Source: Marsupella aquatica
Lineage: Eukaryota > Plantae > Marchantiophyta
DNA: 64,000 nucleotides
Assembly (NCBI GenBank): GCA_973895155.1
Contig: OZ316891.1
Coordinates: 17,358,095-17,422,094, forward strand
Reading direction: 5' to 3'
Shown here: positions 22,097 through 36,217 of the stretch, piece by piece
Layout: each line of letters begins with the position of its first letter
How positions within the stretch are numbered: the stretch's first letter is position 1
Translations under genes and position numbers: made by a program
The notes under the pieces: model-generated
What the model was told of the DNA's origin: nothing
Databases searched by the model: none
What the model saw: only the letters and a program-made list of their open reading frames with translations

Positions 22097-25000
22097 TCAA
22101 TTGTCGTAAGGATTCCGGAACTTTCTCAACAAATCTGGAATCTCGTGACCCAACATATCATCAACTTGCTGAATCATTTTAGGCTTCAACAGTGGAAACT
22201 TGTCAAACGAGTAACCCTGCAGAGCCTCCCTAAATCTGTCCACACTGGGAAAGTCTCCTGGAGGGAGATGGTTTTCCCTTTGAATCTGTTACAAGCGAAA
22301 ATCAAGGGGACCCACTGTTAAACATGTAGCACCAATACTTTACCGAAAGGAATCAGAATAGTCCCTTTACCCGTAAACAATGCTCATGAACTCGTGCTCC
22401 AACCTAAGATTACTTAGTCCTACAAACAAGTATCTGACCCCGTATCTGACCCCGTATCTGACCCCTGAGGGTTTTGCACAAGAGGAGATGGGAGAGACGA
22501 GATAGATAACAGACAGGAACCTCTCCATTTCAAACAATTGAACAAAGAACTGAAGTCGTTCAACACTTTCATCTCACTTTGAATATTTTTGCTTAGACGC
22601 ATCATAGGCAATCTCTCAGATCAATTCATTTCATAGTGCTAATTGCTAAACGAAGTGAAGAGGACCATACCTTAGCAAACTCTTCTTCAAGATTGTCAAT
22701 AAGACGCTGTTGTACTTTCGCTTTGCCCATCATAGATGGCATTTCTTTTTTCAGGTGACCTATTATCATTGCATGAATTCTGACAGCACGAGCACGCTTC
22801 ACAAACTCATTTATCTGCAAAAGATTGTCAACGAAGTCAGAGACGATCGGGGTATCTAAAACCGAAATTTCCTGAATAAAAACTCTGCAATCCACCTAGG
22901 CCAGGATTCCATCTGCCGTGAAGAAGGCGCATGATATAATGAGCAAGATGTTATTTAGAGCTAAAACAGGGGCCTCAGTCACACAGCTGGAAACCTATTG
23001 GACTTGCAAACAACCTACTGTCTAAGTACAATGTTATCAAGCAGGGTTGGATAGGCGGAGGCAGTACCAGCAAATCTGAAGCGCCGTCAAACAGCATCCT
23101 CAAAAACTTTTAATCATTCTACACAGGGATGAGTAAAACATGCAAAAAATGATTGTACAGAGACAAACTTACTCTCCTATCACAAGCCTTTCTCGGGATG
23201 TCCTTGAGATCAGAAAGGAGATCATTTTGTTCACGTTCAAACAGCTCTCTACCAATGGGGCCAATGTACTGCTCGTTGATCGGTCTGTCATTAAATGACC
23301 TGCAGAATCCACGTTTTGCGACTTATCAGTCAATTGTCATTCACCCTGCCCAGGTGCTTTTGTGAAATGTAATTCCTCACAGACAACGTTTGTGAAGGAA
23401 AGTCTGCACCGTAAATAGCTGGATGATTTATGTTCGAACTTAGACTTCTATTAATATTTAGTTCGAGAATGATTAAACGCACCGTTGATAGAGGAAGACC
23501 CTTTTAACTAACAGAGAAGACTTTTTTTCATCCCATTTTGCGTGAATGTTAACGACGGGGTCACTAGCAGTTTCGCTAGAGCGTTACCAAAACGCACGCA
23601 CCAGACCCAGTTACTTATATGGCATCAATACCAGCACACGTCCTCAATAATAATCAGTCAAAGAGTATCAATACTCATGCACAACGTATACGCACCCAAT
23701 GTACACTCGCATGACCTCAGGAGTGTTCAGCACTTTGCCAAGTGACCACATGAGGGCTCCATAGACTCGCATCAACTGGTACATCCAGAGAAGAAATTCG
23801 TCAGGCACATGCAGAGGGACACTAGCGTCAGACCAAACCATCATAAAACACGATTCTTCAGAGTTATCATAAATAGTGGAACGTACCTGCTGTGTGTCCA
23901 CCTGATCAGCCTTGTTCAGAACAACCCGGATTTTATCATCATGGCCACGAAGAGACCCAATGACTCGCTTGAACTCGTCACTTATGTCCAGCTTATGAGG
24001 GTCAAATAATAGTAAAATCATGTCACATTTTGAGGCAAACCACTCCGTGACACCTGTGAAATCGTAACTTCGCTGGGTTCGCTGTTTCTCCCCCGACAAT
24101 ACTCCTGGTGTGTCCACAAATGTGATGTGCTCCAGCAGCTACATTTTCAAGGGCATCCATAAAAAGAAGACATCAGGTCATCCATTTGCCAGAGCATAAG
24201 TCTGTATGCAAGCAACAAGCAATTTAGCCGCACAAAACAAGTAATGGAGCTTACAGGGTGAGGCATTTGAGAACATTCGAATTTAGATAAAAAAGCTGTT
24301 CCAAATCTGGTCAACCCGCTGAAAGGCATATCTGCTTGGACTGCTATCGTATTGCCTGGAACACTTCGGTCATCGTCACCTCCCTGCGACAGAAACCAAG
24401 TCGAGAGCGACAAAAACACGAATATTATATAACCCAGATAGCAAACTTTATTATATTGTCTACTTGAAACTTTACTGACTCGAATATGTAACAATACAGT
24501 TCATCAGTCTGAACTATCAGAGCGTAGTCCAGGAGACATTCACGTTATGACTCACGTAGAAGTTCTCGCAACTTAGTAGCTCAAAAGATGGACTCAAGAT
24601 ACCATTTGCTTACCATAACCACCACAAAACGATCCGTTGTTGGCTCTGGTCCAATATGAGCACCTGTTACCGTACGCTGAATTAGCGACGTCATGACTTG
24701 CGCAATGACAGAAGAAAGAAAGTTTCGAAGCTGGAAATTTTGTCAGACAACAATCTTCCCAAAATAACGTCGTACCGACTTACTATTAAGCAATATCACT
24801 ACGGATCAAAGTTAAAATCTCAAACCTGGATAGTTTCCTCTAAGCAAATGCTTTATGAAGGTTGTCTTTCCAGTTGAGTATTGACCCAGTAACATAACCA
24901 TTGGCTTACAATCAAAATCACTCTCTGTCTGCATAAAAGAAAGACATTAAAGTCAGGACATGACACTTGGTAAGGTCTGCTAACCGATCAGAAATTCAAT

Positions 25001-27847
25001 GCTGCATTCCTCGCAGTGAAGAACCATTAATTTGCGACATAACCTTGGAGAATCGTGAGCATAAGAATTTGTACTTTACCAAGACTGGCGAGACAAAGTC
25101 GTTGAATTTGTACGCCGCCTCCAGTGGCTTCAGCTTCTCCAAATATAGCTTCTTGAGGCCATCAACTACAGACGTAACATGTGCTTGAGATATCGACTGC
25201 GATCAAACAAGTGTTTCACCATCACATTTTATGAAGCCAAATCCAGGCGTCTCCTGAGTCAATATATTTGGACTGACAAGTTCACTAAGGAAGCTGCGTC
25301 CATCAAACGCTAATATCCCATTTGGAATAGACGTTATACAAACGCCAACATCCATTCTCGAAAACCAAGACTCACAGAAATTCATCCAATCCATGAAACT
25401 TCGGCAAACCCGTGATTTTGCTGGTGAAAATTTTCAGGCGAAGAAGCCCCACAAAATTACGCATCGACAAAGATCAGAGTGCAGTGCAATAGTTGTACTA
25501 ACCCTTTTGGGGGTCTTCCTGTCGAACCATTCTCTCGTTTGTGACGGAGCAGTCCCTGCAAAAATTGCCGGAATGGTAAATTGTCGTTCCAAGTTAAAAA
25601 CAAACTCAGCTTCAGATCTCGAGTGTAGAGAGGGTCCTTGCAAACTCTTCGAATTGTCGCTGGATATTCATTTAACAAAGAACAACACATTTTCGAAACG
25701 TTTGGGGTCTCTCAACATATTTCATTGCAAGAAATGGCAGACCTAATCTTGTGAGTGATTACCATTTGTGAGTTGGTCTTCTTTTGGTGGCGATCGCTTC
25801 TTCTTTTCTGCAGCCTGGAGAATAGTCTCTAGATTAACATCAAGAAGGGCAATATCAAAAATAACCAGCAGAAGATATTAGCATGCACTGAAGCAAAAGT
25901 TGGCACAGCTTACCGCCATCAACTGATCGATATCTTCTAAGTTAGGGGGGCTGATGCTCTCTAAATCTGCAAATGCAAAGCAGATAACCATCGCATCTTA
26001 GAGCCAACGTTAGAATAAGCTTCACACGAGAAAAGTAAAGCAAATGTCAGATGCCTCAAACAGTCCTAGGAGCCACCCCTTAAATTGTCGCTCTAGAGTA
26101 CGATGTGGCATTGCATTACTCAAGCACTGAAGAAAGATCTTGCCCAAAATGTTCCCTCCAGGACAGTTGAAAACTGAATGCCAAAGGAAAAACATGACTT
26201 AAAAGTTCTAAGTCTAAATACAATACCTGAGTTTTGTAGCATGTCGGAATGAATCTCGTTTCCAGTTTGTGCCAGAGATATGACCTGCAGCAATCCGTCG
26301 TTTTAATTCAGACAAGAGCACTGGCAGACCGACGGTCTATGAGGACACAATCCTTTCAATTGATAACACCGCTAAGGAGAACCATGGAAGCAACGATTGA
26401 TTGCCTTAGATTATTTTCATCTGTGAAAGAGTTCAGAGACAATATGATCTGCAGGAAGGCCGACAAACCTGCATGGCGGTGACAAACTCTTTGAAACCGA
26501 GAAAGCCCTGCCGTTTCGAGTCTGCGACTGTCCATACCTGAATCATCAACAAGGAAGACGTAGTAAGACATCAACATCCAGTGAAAATTCTTAACTCCAT
26601 ATCCGCGGTTCCGAAACCTAAACAGAGCAATATAAAAGTGAAAACATGTAAGATCAATTCCCTAATTGACGCCATAGATCCCATTGCACCCCATACTGTA
26701 CACAGATTTATACTGCAACTGCTGTGCCATGGAAGGACAGACGAAGAAGAACACGATCTTTCTAAAATCTAACTCGTTAACAAACGCATCCTATCCGCAA
26801 CCAAACATTCTATCTTCCCCGGATATCGCCATAAGATGCTGAGTGAAAGCCAAGGAAAACAAAAAGGAGGGCTCCAGAAATATACAAATCAGGAATAAGT
26901 TGCGCACTTGGGTGAATTCCGCAATGAAACGAATGAAACCATATCCAACAAAAGATGAAACGCACCTTCTTCAGCTCTGCTCTCGGCAAATTCGAGAGAG
27001 AAAAGAATTTGACAGCATCACCTCCTGTTAGCCTGCCATCAGCATCTGCCCATACAAGAACCAATTTAGAGAGAATTCAAACCTCAGGACTGTCATTGAT
27101 AAAAGACATCCGATTCCAGCATGTCGTGTAGCCTGTGGAGTTTCGATTGGACAGATATTTGGTCGGAAAATCCGCACGAAAAGACATCCCTAAGAACAAC
27201 ATCTCGTTCTCTTACTGCCATTGATGTAGTGAGCATTACCAAGGACTGGCTGAGTGGGGTAATTTGAATCAAGCCCAAGAACAAACTGCCGGATAATGTT
27301 ACATCCTGCCACTCTTGTCACCACTGATTTTAAGTCGATTCAGTTCACCACATTTACAACGGTCAAAATTCTCGAGGTACAAGGGAACACGAAGGCTTCA
27401 TTGTGCTTCTCCTCGTTTCATGCACATGGTCCGAAAAGCCGGTAACCGAAGCATAGAGTGGACAATTCTCTGGCCATCTCTTGCTAACGAACAGTACTAG
27501 ATCTTAGCTGCGGCCACCCAGCACCAGCCATGCACAGAACAAGAAGGGCATGTACGGTGGACGATCTGAAGCGAAGGAAATCGTGCGCAATACGGGGGTG
27601 TGTTGGACAATCACTCCGAAGCCAAGACTAGCGAATGTCGGAAAAATGCGTGGTCTTACGTATGGTCCATTATCTGAGGATGCTGTTTGACGAATGAAAG
27701 AGGAATCCGCACTGAACGAATTCGAAACAACGATCCATTCAAGAAGGGAAACGACAAGAAACCTGAATCCGCGTAATCGAACCACGCCTTGTAAGTCTGC
27801 TCGTCGTGCTTCGCGAACTGCCTGCCCCTCACCGCTAAAATGTCCAT
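22097..27847 (-). CDS. EHD1: EH domain-containing dynamin-like ATPase (EHD1/EHD2 family), multi-exon
   Basis: EH domain (KAWFDYADS, DGRLTGGDAVKFF, ADSKRQGFLGFKEF), P-loop MLLGQYSTGKTTFIKHLL, GAHIGPEPTTDRF, DTPGVLSGEKQRTQR, and C-terminus FRNPYDN*. Confidence 0.95.
22430..22465. repeat. 3 x 12-bp tandem repeat GTATCTGACCCC (EHD last intron)
   Basis: Directly visible. Confidence 0.85.
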
Positions 27848-27997
27848 GATGGCGGAACAGCAAGAATCAACCGCGAGCTCCTCCTGCCGCTGCGGCTCGG
27901 CTGCTCACTCTCGCCGAACTCAAATTCTGGCGCTTTCGAGACGATCGACAGACAAACTAACTTCCACACGAATCCACAGTACTACTACAACTACAGC

Positions 27998-28143
27998 CAA
28001 ATCAAATCAAATCAAATCAGTCGCCGTCACGTCCTCCGTCCTGTTTCCGTTTCTCCCCGCCCTCTTCATCCAAAATCCCCGAATCAATCAATCAATCAAT
28101 CACTCAAGCTGCTGCTTCCAACGTCGTCGTCGTCGTCGTCGTC
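27998..28143. repeat. microsatellites (AAATC)n, (AATC)n and (CGT)n in the EHD 5' region
   Basis: Directly visible. Confidence 0.85.
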
Positions 28144-29454
28144 TTCAACTTCACGTCATGAGCCCCGTCTTTCTCGCCCCATCTCACATGTACTCTCCTC
28201 CCTTCCCCCCCCTCCCTGCTTTTCACACAACGAACCACCTTCTCCCCTACAACTGCGACGACGATGCGCCCTCCTCCCTGCTTACTACGTGCGCAAATCG
28301 GGCCCAATCCTCTTCTCATCAGTCACCAAAGAGCGCACAACATCGCAACCGAAACGTCCGCTCCATTCCTTTTACAATTCTTCTCCTCCTCATTAAAGGG
28401 CTTCTCTCTTCTTCTTCGCCTTATTAAAGTGGCACTCGAGCTTTTGCAACGGGAGGAAGACAACATCCTGTACAACTCAACACTACACCACATTATTACT
28501 TTGCCAAAGGCGCAGCGGACTACGGAAACAGAGAGCCAGTGCCCAGAGACGAAGGCTTCCTGTGGAAAGATGGCGCGCATCCGCCTCACCTCGTCTTTCC
28601 ACAGCTCTCGTTTCCCGTAGCAGCGGAACGAACAGACCTCGTCTTTCCATCCCTTCTTTCGACCTCTGGAAAGAGAGCGCGTGCGGGCGCAGTGGCGGGG
28701 CGACGCGTGGCGCGGGACAGCCGTGAAGGCGGGGGCTCATGCCGCCGCAGTTCAAAATTTGGTTCGTCTGCTCTGGGCCCCTCCTTCCTGCCGCACGCAT
28801 GCATTCACAGCAACCCTTTCAAATTTTAGTGTGTTCCGCTGTTCGGAATGATTCCGTCTTTTTCGACGGATTCGCCCTCTCAGTTACTAGGCTTGCGCAA
28901 TGGCGACCTGCCACGTACTCCTCCACCTACCCTACAAGAACGAGCTCCTATCAAACTCTTGTACCTCGCGCAATTATTCAAACACAGGATACGTACGAGG
29001 GCCCCATACAAGAGAACAGGGGAACGACCCCGGTTTGTTCTGAGACGCCCAAACGGCTACTTCCGTATCGTACGGTTACCAGAAGGCGGTGTATACTATA
29101 TCGGGATCCTTGGAAACTGGTGCGTCCATCTGAATGATCGACGGCTATCTTCCAAGGACCCCATCGAGTGTTTGAGGTGAATGTCTATTTAGGGAAAGCC
29201 TATGACCCTGCTACGTTTTGCGGTCCTCCCGGTTGGACAAGACAGGCTGGACAGCACTGTCACATTTCATTGTCGAGGGTCACGAGTAGTTTTGGAAACC
29301 ATTCATAAGTTAGTAATGCAACCCAATGAAGGCACCTACAGTAAAACCTCGAGTTTATAATTTTGTAACAGGGGCTCCTCAAAGCTAACAATTTGATATA
29401 CCTTAATTCACTGGTTATGGGTTATAGACACAAAAAAAATTGGACTACAGAATG

Positions 29455-29580
29455 CATAGTCCATAACTTTTGACCATAAGGATTTGTTTTATGCCATAAC
29501 CATTAGTCACTCTAGAGACTAGTGAAAGAAAAAACAAATAAACATTTCCACAGTCTTGTGAAAATGTTATGTCAAATTCT
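29455..29580 (+). repeat. dispersed TE-derived repeat, homologous to 45845-45970
   Basis: Colinear shared blocks CCATAACTTTT...ATGCCAT.ACCAT..GTC...CTAGTGAAA...TGTGAAAA.GTTATG. Confidence 0.65.
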
Positions 29581-30195
29581 TTATGACTGAAGGCCATCAT
29601 AGGTAATTTCCAAACTCATCTTGCAATTATTTGCTAGCCAAAGAGACTATGCCAGGGAAACTACCACCTCCATAACTTGGTCTAAAGTCAAACCCCTTTG
29701 CCTGGCGATGAACATTAAGTCAAATGTGTCGTAATGCTGTAAGGCACACCCACGTGACAGGACATCAGGATCTCATGTTATAGTCCATTGAAGTTATGGG
29801 TGCGTTGGACAACACCCATAGACTCTGGCACCACAGTGCACTGGGCCGTGGGGGTCCCATCACTGTCCGCGCCTGGATAGGTGTTGGGGAGGGCAGACTG
29901 CGCCTAAACCTGAAGTCTGGAATGCATGCACAAACCCGCAACCACACACGAGTAACACTCATAAGGGATGCTTAGACCACTAAACCTAAGCACTTAGAAG
30001 AGCTTAAGTTTTGACCTCAAAATCCATTCAAGGGCTGTGAGACCTTGTTGGGATGAATATTCCGGCACCTACGCAAGAGCAAGAGCGCAGGTCTGACAGA
30101 CCTCATTAAACCCTTTGGGTTGGTGGTCAAAAGATAATGGATCCAATTTGGCCTAAGAGTGCGCTATCCAAAAGTGTATATGAGAGACTACCCTC

Positions 30196-33100
30196 TGTTA
30201 GATATTTTGTCCTCCAGTTATCCTTATCTATCCAATCATGTAATCCATTACTTAGCGGCTATGCCTTTAGATTAGTTTGTCCTATATTATGGATTATGTT
30301 GGCTTCTGCTTCTTGTAGGATTAGCTTTGTGTGGCTCTCGGGCAGCTCACCCTCCCTTCACCTCGAGTATTTATCTGAGGTGCTACGAGTGTCTAAGTAG
30401 TAACATTCTCTCTAAACTTGTTCATGGTATCAGAGCCAGTCGATTGTGGCCTTGGAGAACTAGAGGAGTACTCCACCTTAGAAGCGAAGTCTCTAAGTCA
30501 GTGACTGTCTTGTTAGTCATAGAGCTGTCTGTCCTGGTATCAGCTAGAATTGAAGCTCGATCTCTTATTGTTGACAGTCAGAATAGTTAGCTATGGAGCT
30601 AGCTCGTTTGTTTAATGATAATGCTAAGCTTGATGGGACCAAGAATTATGTTTCTTGGAGTTCCGTGTGCAGACCCTATTTGGACGTGACAAGGTCTGGG
30701 ATGAGCTTAACTTTGTAGGAGAAGATGTCAATCACTTTATGCCCCTTGCAGGTGACGTTGAGGATGACAATGCTGGACAGGAAGGTGACAACGTTCCTCG
30801 AGTTCAGCAACCTCAACAAACTCCCCAGCAGATCCGCCGACTCAAGGTAAAGGCTAAATCAATTCTAATGGCGACTGTGAAGGAACAGTTCCTTCCCATG
30901 ATCATCCATTACTCAAATGACCCTGTTGCTGGATGGAACCATCTGAAGCAACGCTTTGGTGGTGATCTGATCTAGTGAAAAATGTTACTTGAGAACAAGT
31001 TACAGTCTGTCAAAATGACCGAAGGCACCAATGTCGAGAGTTACTTGAAGGAGATTGATGATCTCACCATCCAACTTTCAACCATGAATGCACCTGTTGA
31101 TGATGCTAGACTAATGCATGTTGTACTTCGCGGACTCCCTTTATTTCCGTGTTTGGTGCTGATCTCAACAAGTAGCCGCAACCAACTTTCTCCAATCTTG
31201 TGGAGCAACTTCAAGCTGAAGAATACTGGCGACAAGGGTATCAGGATGATGTTCAAGAGCACGCCTTGCTCACTTCACATTTTCATGGCCTTCAGATGGA
31301 AGGGGTCATGGGTTTCGTGCTCAAACTCATCAGCGTCCACGTTTCAACAATCAAACTGACTACAGAGCTGATCATGGCAGGGGCTGTGTGAATCAGAACT
31401 TGCAACTATTGCAGCAAGCAAGGGGATTGGGAAGCCGATTGTGACCTGAAGAAACTAGATGATCAAATCTCCCAACTCCAGCTACATTCGTCAAGTCTCT
31501 GTCGATTCAAGCCTCAGGCACACTTCACCAAAACTGCTGAAGAAGCCAATTATGTATTTCCTGAAATCAACGTGGACTTCTCAGATCCTTCTCAGAAAGA
31601 GATCAGTGCTAATCTGACCGAGATAGGATTAGACGGTGTTGAATGGTATCTTGTCGACTCTGGAGCTAGTAATCACATTGCTTTGAGTTTGTTGCTTTCA
31701 CCTCTCATGGCCGGCAATAATGTACGTCTCTTTGAGTTTGTTGCTCCCACCTCTCATGGCCCTTTTGTTACAACTGCTGGGGAATCCAAACTTGCTATTT
31801 TGGCAAAGGAGTTGCCAATGTCGATAATAAAGTTGTGAGAAACATTTTGTACATGTTGGGTGTACAAAAGAATCTCATATCTATTGGGAAACACACCGAT
31901 GTTGGCTACAAGGTTCTTTTTTACTCTAAAGAATACTATGTGTTTGATCGGGACAATCCACAACTAATTGCTCTTCAAGCATCATGCATACCCCGAAATG
32001 GGCTCTACCGATTGACAACTACACTATCAGGAGAACAATGAGCTAGGGCGTCACATTTTCAATCATCTCTTCCTATGTCACAAGCACATGCAGCTTGCAC
32101 TAGCACCAATGTAGCATCTCCAGAAGCTCTGGAAATTATTGAGGTTTCCTCAGATCTGGTTAGTCTTTGGCATCGTTGTCTTGGCCACCTAAACTTTCAA
32201 TCTAGGTGCATACCATATGACCAAACATCAGCTGCTCATGGGAGTTCCTTCCCTTTCTTTGTCTACACAAAAGTGCTCATCATGTATTCTCAGGAATCAT
32301 CACTGTGAATGTGTTCCTAAGCGGTCCCAAACTCGTTCAACTGCACCATTCCAGCTTGTTCACTAGCTTAGACCTCTGTGGACCTGTCAATACATCCTCC
32401 AACCTTAAGTATATGCTTACATTTATTGATGATTTCTCAAGGTTCATAGGGGTATAAATCTCTTGTCCGTAAATTTAAAGTGAAACCGGCCTTTGCACGG
32501 TTCGAAGAGTTCAAGGTTATGGTTGAAACTCAATTCACTACCAAGATCTCATGTCTTTCAATCTGACTGTGGAGGACAATACCTCTCACAAGATTTCATC
32601 CGTTTCTGTCATCACCATGACATTTGACAACAACTTACTGCTCCTAGTGCTCCACACCAAAATGGTATAAATATTACTGAGCACAAAAATCATACTTTGA
32701 TAGAAGCATCACGCTCTATTTTGATAGACTCCAAATTTCCAAGCACTCTTTGCACCAAAACGCCACAAGCAACTGCCTCTATTCTAAAACGCTTGCCCTA
32801 AACGTGCCTTACATTTGTCCACACCATTTCAAACACTTACTGGTATTAAGCCCAACCTCTGTCACTTACGTGTTCTTGGTTGCAAAGCATTTGTTCATAT
32901 ACCCCAACAATTTCACACAAAATTACAAGCAAAAGCCACCCTTGTTGTTCTTGTTGGATACAATTCAATACCCAGACCAAGAATTACCGTTGCTTTGATC
33001 CTGTGAGTAGAAGTCTTTAATTAGTCCCAATGCTACCTTCATTGAGGATTCTCCTGGACCTTTTTGTTCTCCCCCTCCTTCCCACGTTCTTTGATAGTTT

Positions 33101-36100
33101 GCTACTTACTCTTGGCTCTATTGCGGCTCCTGTCAAGCCAAAGAGGGATATTCCGCAAGCACAAGAACCTGGCACTATAGTTGTCAAAGACTAGTTGACA
33201 AATGGCAGCCAGATGAAGTTGAAGTAGAACTTGAATTGGGACCAACAAACATTGATCCTTTTGTAGAGCCCAATATTGCTTCCCCACTTCCTACTCGATG
33301 GGCCACAAGGGCCTCAACCAGGACAACACAATGCAACTCCCAAGTCGATACCACAATCATGAAATGCATATTCCTGATAATGTGGACTTGTTTGTAGTTG
33401 AGACCGCAAACCTGTAACTGACTCTCTCACCTTTGACAAGGCATTCTCTGATCCTGGATGCACTAGAAGAAATCCCCCCAAATTATGACTCTAAAAACTG
33501 ACACTCTTTGACTCTTTGTATGACTCTTCTATGACTTGTGTCATTCTTGTGACTTAGAGTCTTATTAGGTATGACTTAAGTAGTTGAGTCATTTTTAATG
33601 ACTGAAATTGAGATAGATCAATAACTAAAGAAATAACTAAGTGAGTCATTGTATAAGACATTTGAATGATTGAATATGACACATATATCAAGTGCTTTCT
33701 TAAGGTCATTGTAATGACTAAGTGAGTCAAAGAAACTACTTGCCAAAGACAACGAGTGACTTAAATGACTCACTCCTATAAAAATTGACAAATGAGATAT
33801 CAACACATGTCACAATATATGGTGGTCAATCCAGGCATGGCAATGGCCTTATATTATATCACAACATGCCTACATATTATATACATATGGCATGCAACTA
33901 TGTGTGAGGAATTTGATTCCTTGATTAGGAAAGGAATGTGGGAACTTACGGAGCTACCTCCAGGTGCACATGCCCTTGCAGCTAAATGGGTTTATAAGGC
34001 TAAACCCATCAACGACAGAACTTCTAAAATCTGGACCCGGCTAAAGGCAAGGTTGGTTGCCATGGGTTTGAACAACCATATGGGATTGATTACATGAAAC
34101 CTTTGCACCTGTTGTGCGTTGGTCCACTCTACGAACCACATTGCCATCGCTGCAGCTCTCAAATGGCCTATCTCGCATATGGATGTTATTACTGCCTTCC
34201 TTAATGGAAACCTTGAAGGAGTCATTTACATGTTGCAACCTCAAGGTTTTGAAGTCAGAGGCAATGAACACTTAGTCTGCAAACTTTGAAAGTCCTTATA
34301 CAGGTTGAAACAATCTCCCCGTGCTTGGTATCACAAAATTGACTCATTCTTGCAATCACAAGGATGGATTCGGAGTCAAGTGGATCCAAATATGTATTAT
34401 CTCTGAGATGGTGAAACCGTGGTCTTACTCTTGCTCTATGTTGACGATTTGATCATTACTGACAATTGTCTTGATAAAATTCATTTGATGAGGTTAAACA
34501 ACAGCTTCAAGATAAGTATGAGATCAAAGACATTGGAGATATTACCAAGTATCTTGGTGTTCAATTTACTTGTAGTGACGATGGTCTTCTAATGCACCAA
34601 AATCAATATGCTAATTAACCCGATACTCAAAGAGCAAGGTATGCATGATTGTCAGATCAAACACACTCCCTTACCTGATGAGTCGGTTGATACGTCAGAT
34701 TATTGGCAAGCTGTTATTAATTTTTTACCAACACTCGACCAGATCTCTCCTATGCAGTTGGCATCGTAGCCAGGTTTATCTCTCAGCCTCAGCAACAATA
34801 TTTTGATGATGTCAAACACATTCTTTGATACGTCAAGAAGACAGCTGATTTTGGCATCTTTTTCAAATGTCACTCTCAGATTTTGCTTCCGGGTTTCACT
34901 GATGCTGATTATTTAGGTTGCATCAAAACAAGGAGTTCTACTGGTGGCTATGTCTTTACTCTCGCTGATGGAGTCATCTCCTGGTCTAGTGAACGCCAGG
35001 CCACTATTTCTGATAGTACTACCTTGGCTGAATATAAAGCGCTCAGTGAAGCCTCTAAGGAGGTTGTCTATCTCAAATGGATGCTGCACAAACTGAGCAT
35101 TCCTACTTACTCTTCCCAATCTATTCCAGTGGCCTGTCATAGTGAACAAATCAATTCTGATCTTGCAAGTGCCTCCATTCCCACTATATATGCAAACGTC
35201 CATCTCAATTGCGACAATCAGGGCTCCATTAAATTGGCACTCAACCCCATCTTCCATTCAAGAACCAAACACATCGAAGCCAAACATCATTTTGTCCGTG
35301 AACAAATTCTGGAAAACAAGATTACTCTCAAATGTATTGCCTTTGATGAACAACATGCAAACATCTTTACAAAGCCAGTTCGACACTCAGGTACTGCTAA
35401 GACTCCTATTATTCCACTACCAAGTCACTACTTGCCTAAGAGGCTCTCTATTTTCTGCTGACATTAATCCTCCATTCAGTTGTCTTCTTAAATATTGCTT
35501 AGCTTCCGCATGTAGCTTGAACATCTTGTGACGATTGTTTAAAAAACCAATAAGTACTTGTGTATTAGCGGCCTCCCAGGAAACATAGATCCCTGATTGT
35601 CTCCCAATTGCAATGGCATAGTATCATGGCATGCCTCTTACTCTCACCATTGGCCTTTCAATCATTGGTGCTGCCATCTCCCTCGGCTGTTCCAAGACTG
35701 GCTCACTCGGTGCTCCATAGCCCAAAATCAACAGCCAGCTGCTGACTCACGCCTTCGCCTGCTTGGACTGCCACTATCATTCGTCGACTTGCTGCTGGGC
35801 TCATCGTTCAACATATCCGCATGAAAACTACGTGCACTACTCTTCAGTTGGCCCACCAGCATTCTCTCACTGCGTCCCACAATGACTCTTCCACCCTTGT
35901 ATATTTTAGATTTGTCAACTTGGCTGTCTGGTCGTAGAGAGGGTGTTAGATCGATTTTTTGTCAACCAGACTTAGCGGCTCCTATAGTGGCTACCTGGCT
36001 TATCTGGCTCCTCCAGTTATCTTATCTATCCAGTGTAATCCTTTACTTAGCGGCTCTGATCTGATTAATTTGTCCTATATTATGGATTACGTTGGCTTCT

Positions 36101-36217
36101 GCTTCTTGTAGGATTAGCTTTGTGTGGCTCTCGGGCAGCTCACCCTCCCTTCACCTCAAGTATTTGTCTGAGGTGCTACGGGTGTCTAAGTAGTAAAGTT
36201 CTCTCTAAACTTGTTCA
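30196..36217 (+). mobile_element. old, degenerate Ty1/copia LTR retrotransposon (copy 3, different family)
   Basis: LTRs 30196-30424 and 35944-36217 (TG...CA), TSD CCCTC at 30191-30195 and 36218-36222, PBS TGGTATCAGAGC at 30425. Fragmented gag/PR (YLVDSGASNH), INT, RT (LKARLVA, YVDDL) and RH (FTDADY, RTKHIE) with many stops and frameshifts. Confidence 0.95.
33461..33886 (+). mobile_element. CACTA (EnSpm)-like non-autonomous fragment inserted in copia copy 3
   Basis: Begins CACTAGAAGAAA; many ATGACT/AGTCAT subterminal repeats. Interrupts the pol reading DPG-W-HATM and is flanked by ATG on both sides. No right TIR is visible. Confidence 0.65.

Noticed and set aside
27840-29180. Many overlapping ORFs upstream of EHD (similar at 44477-45348 and 53077-53591)
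   Set aside because: GC-rich 5' UTR/promoter and microsatellite sequence; no recognisable domain or consistent frame.
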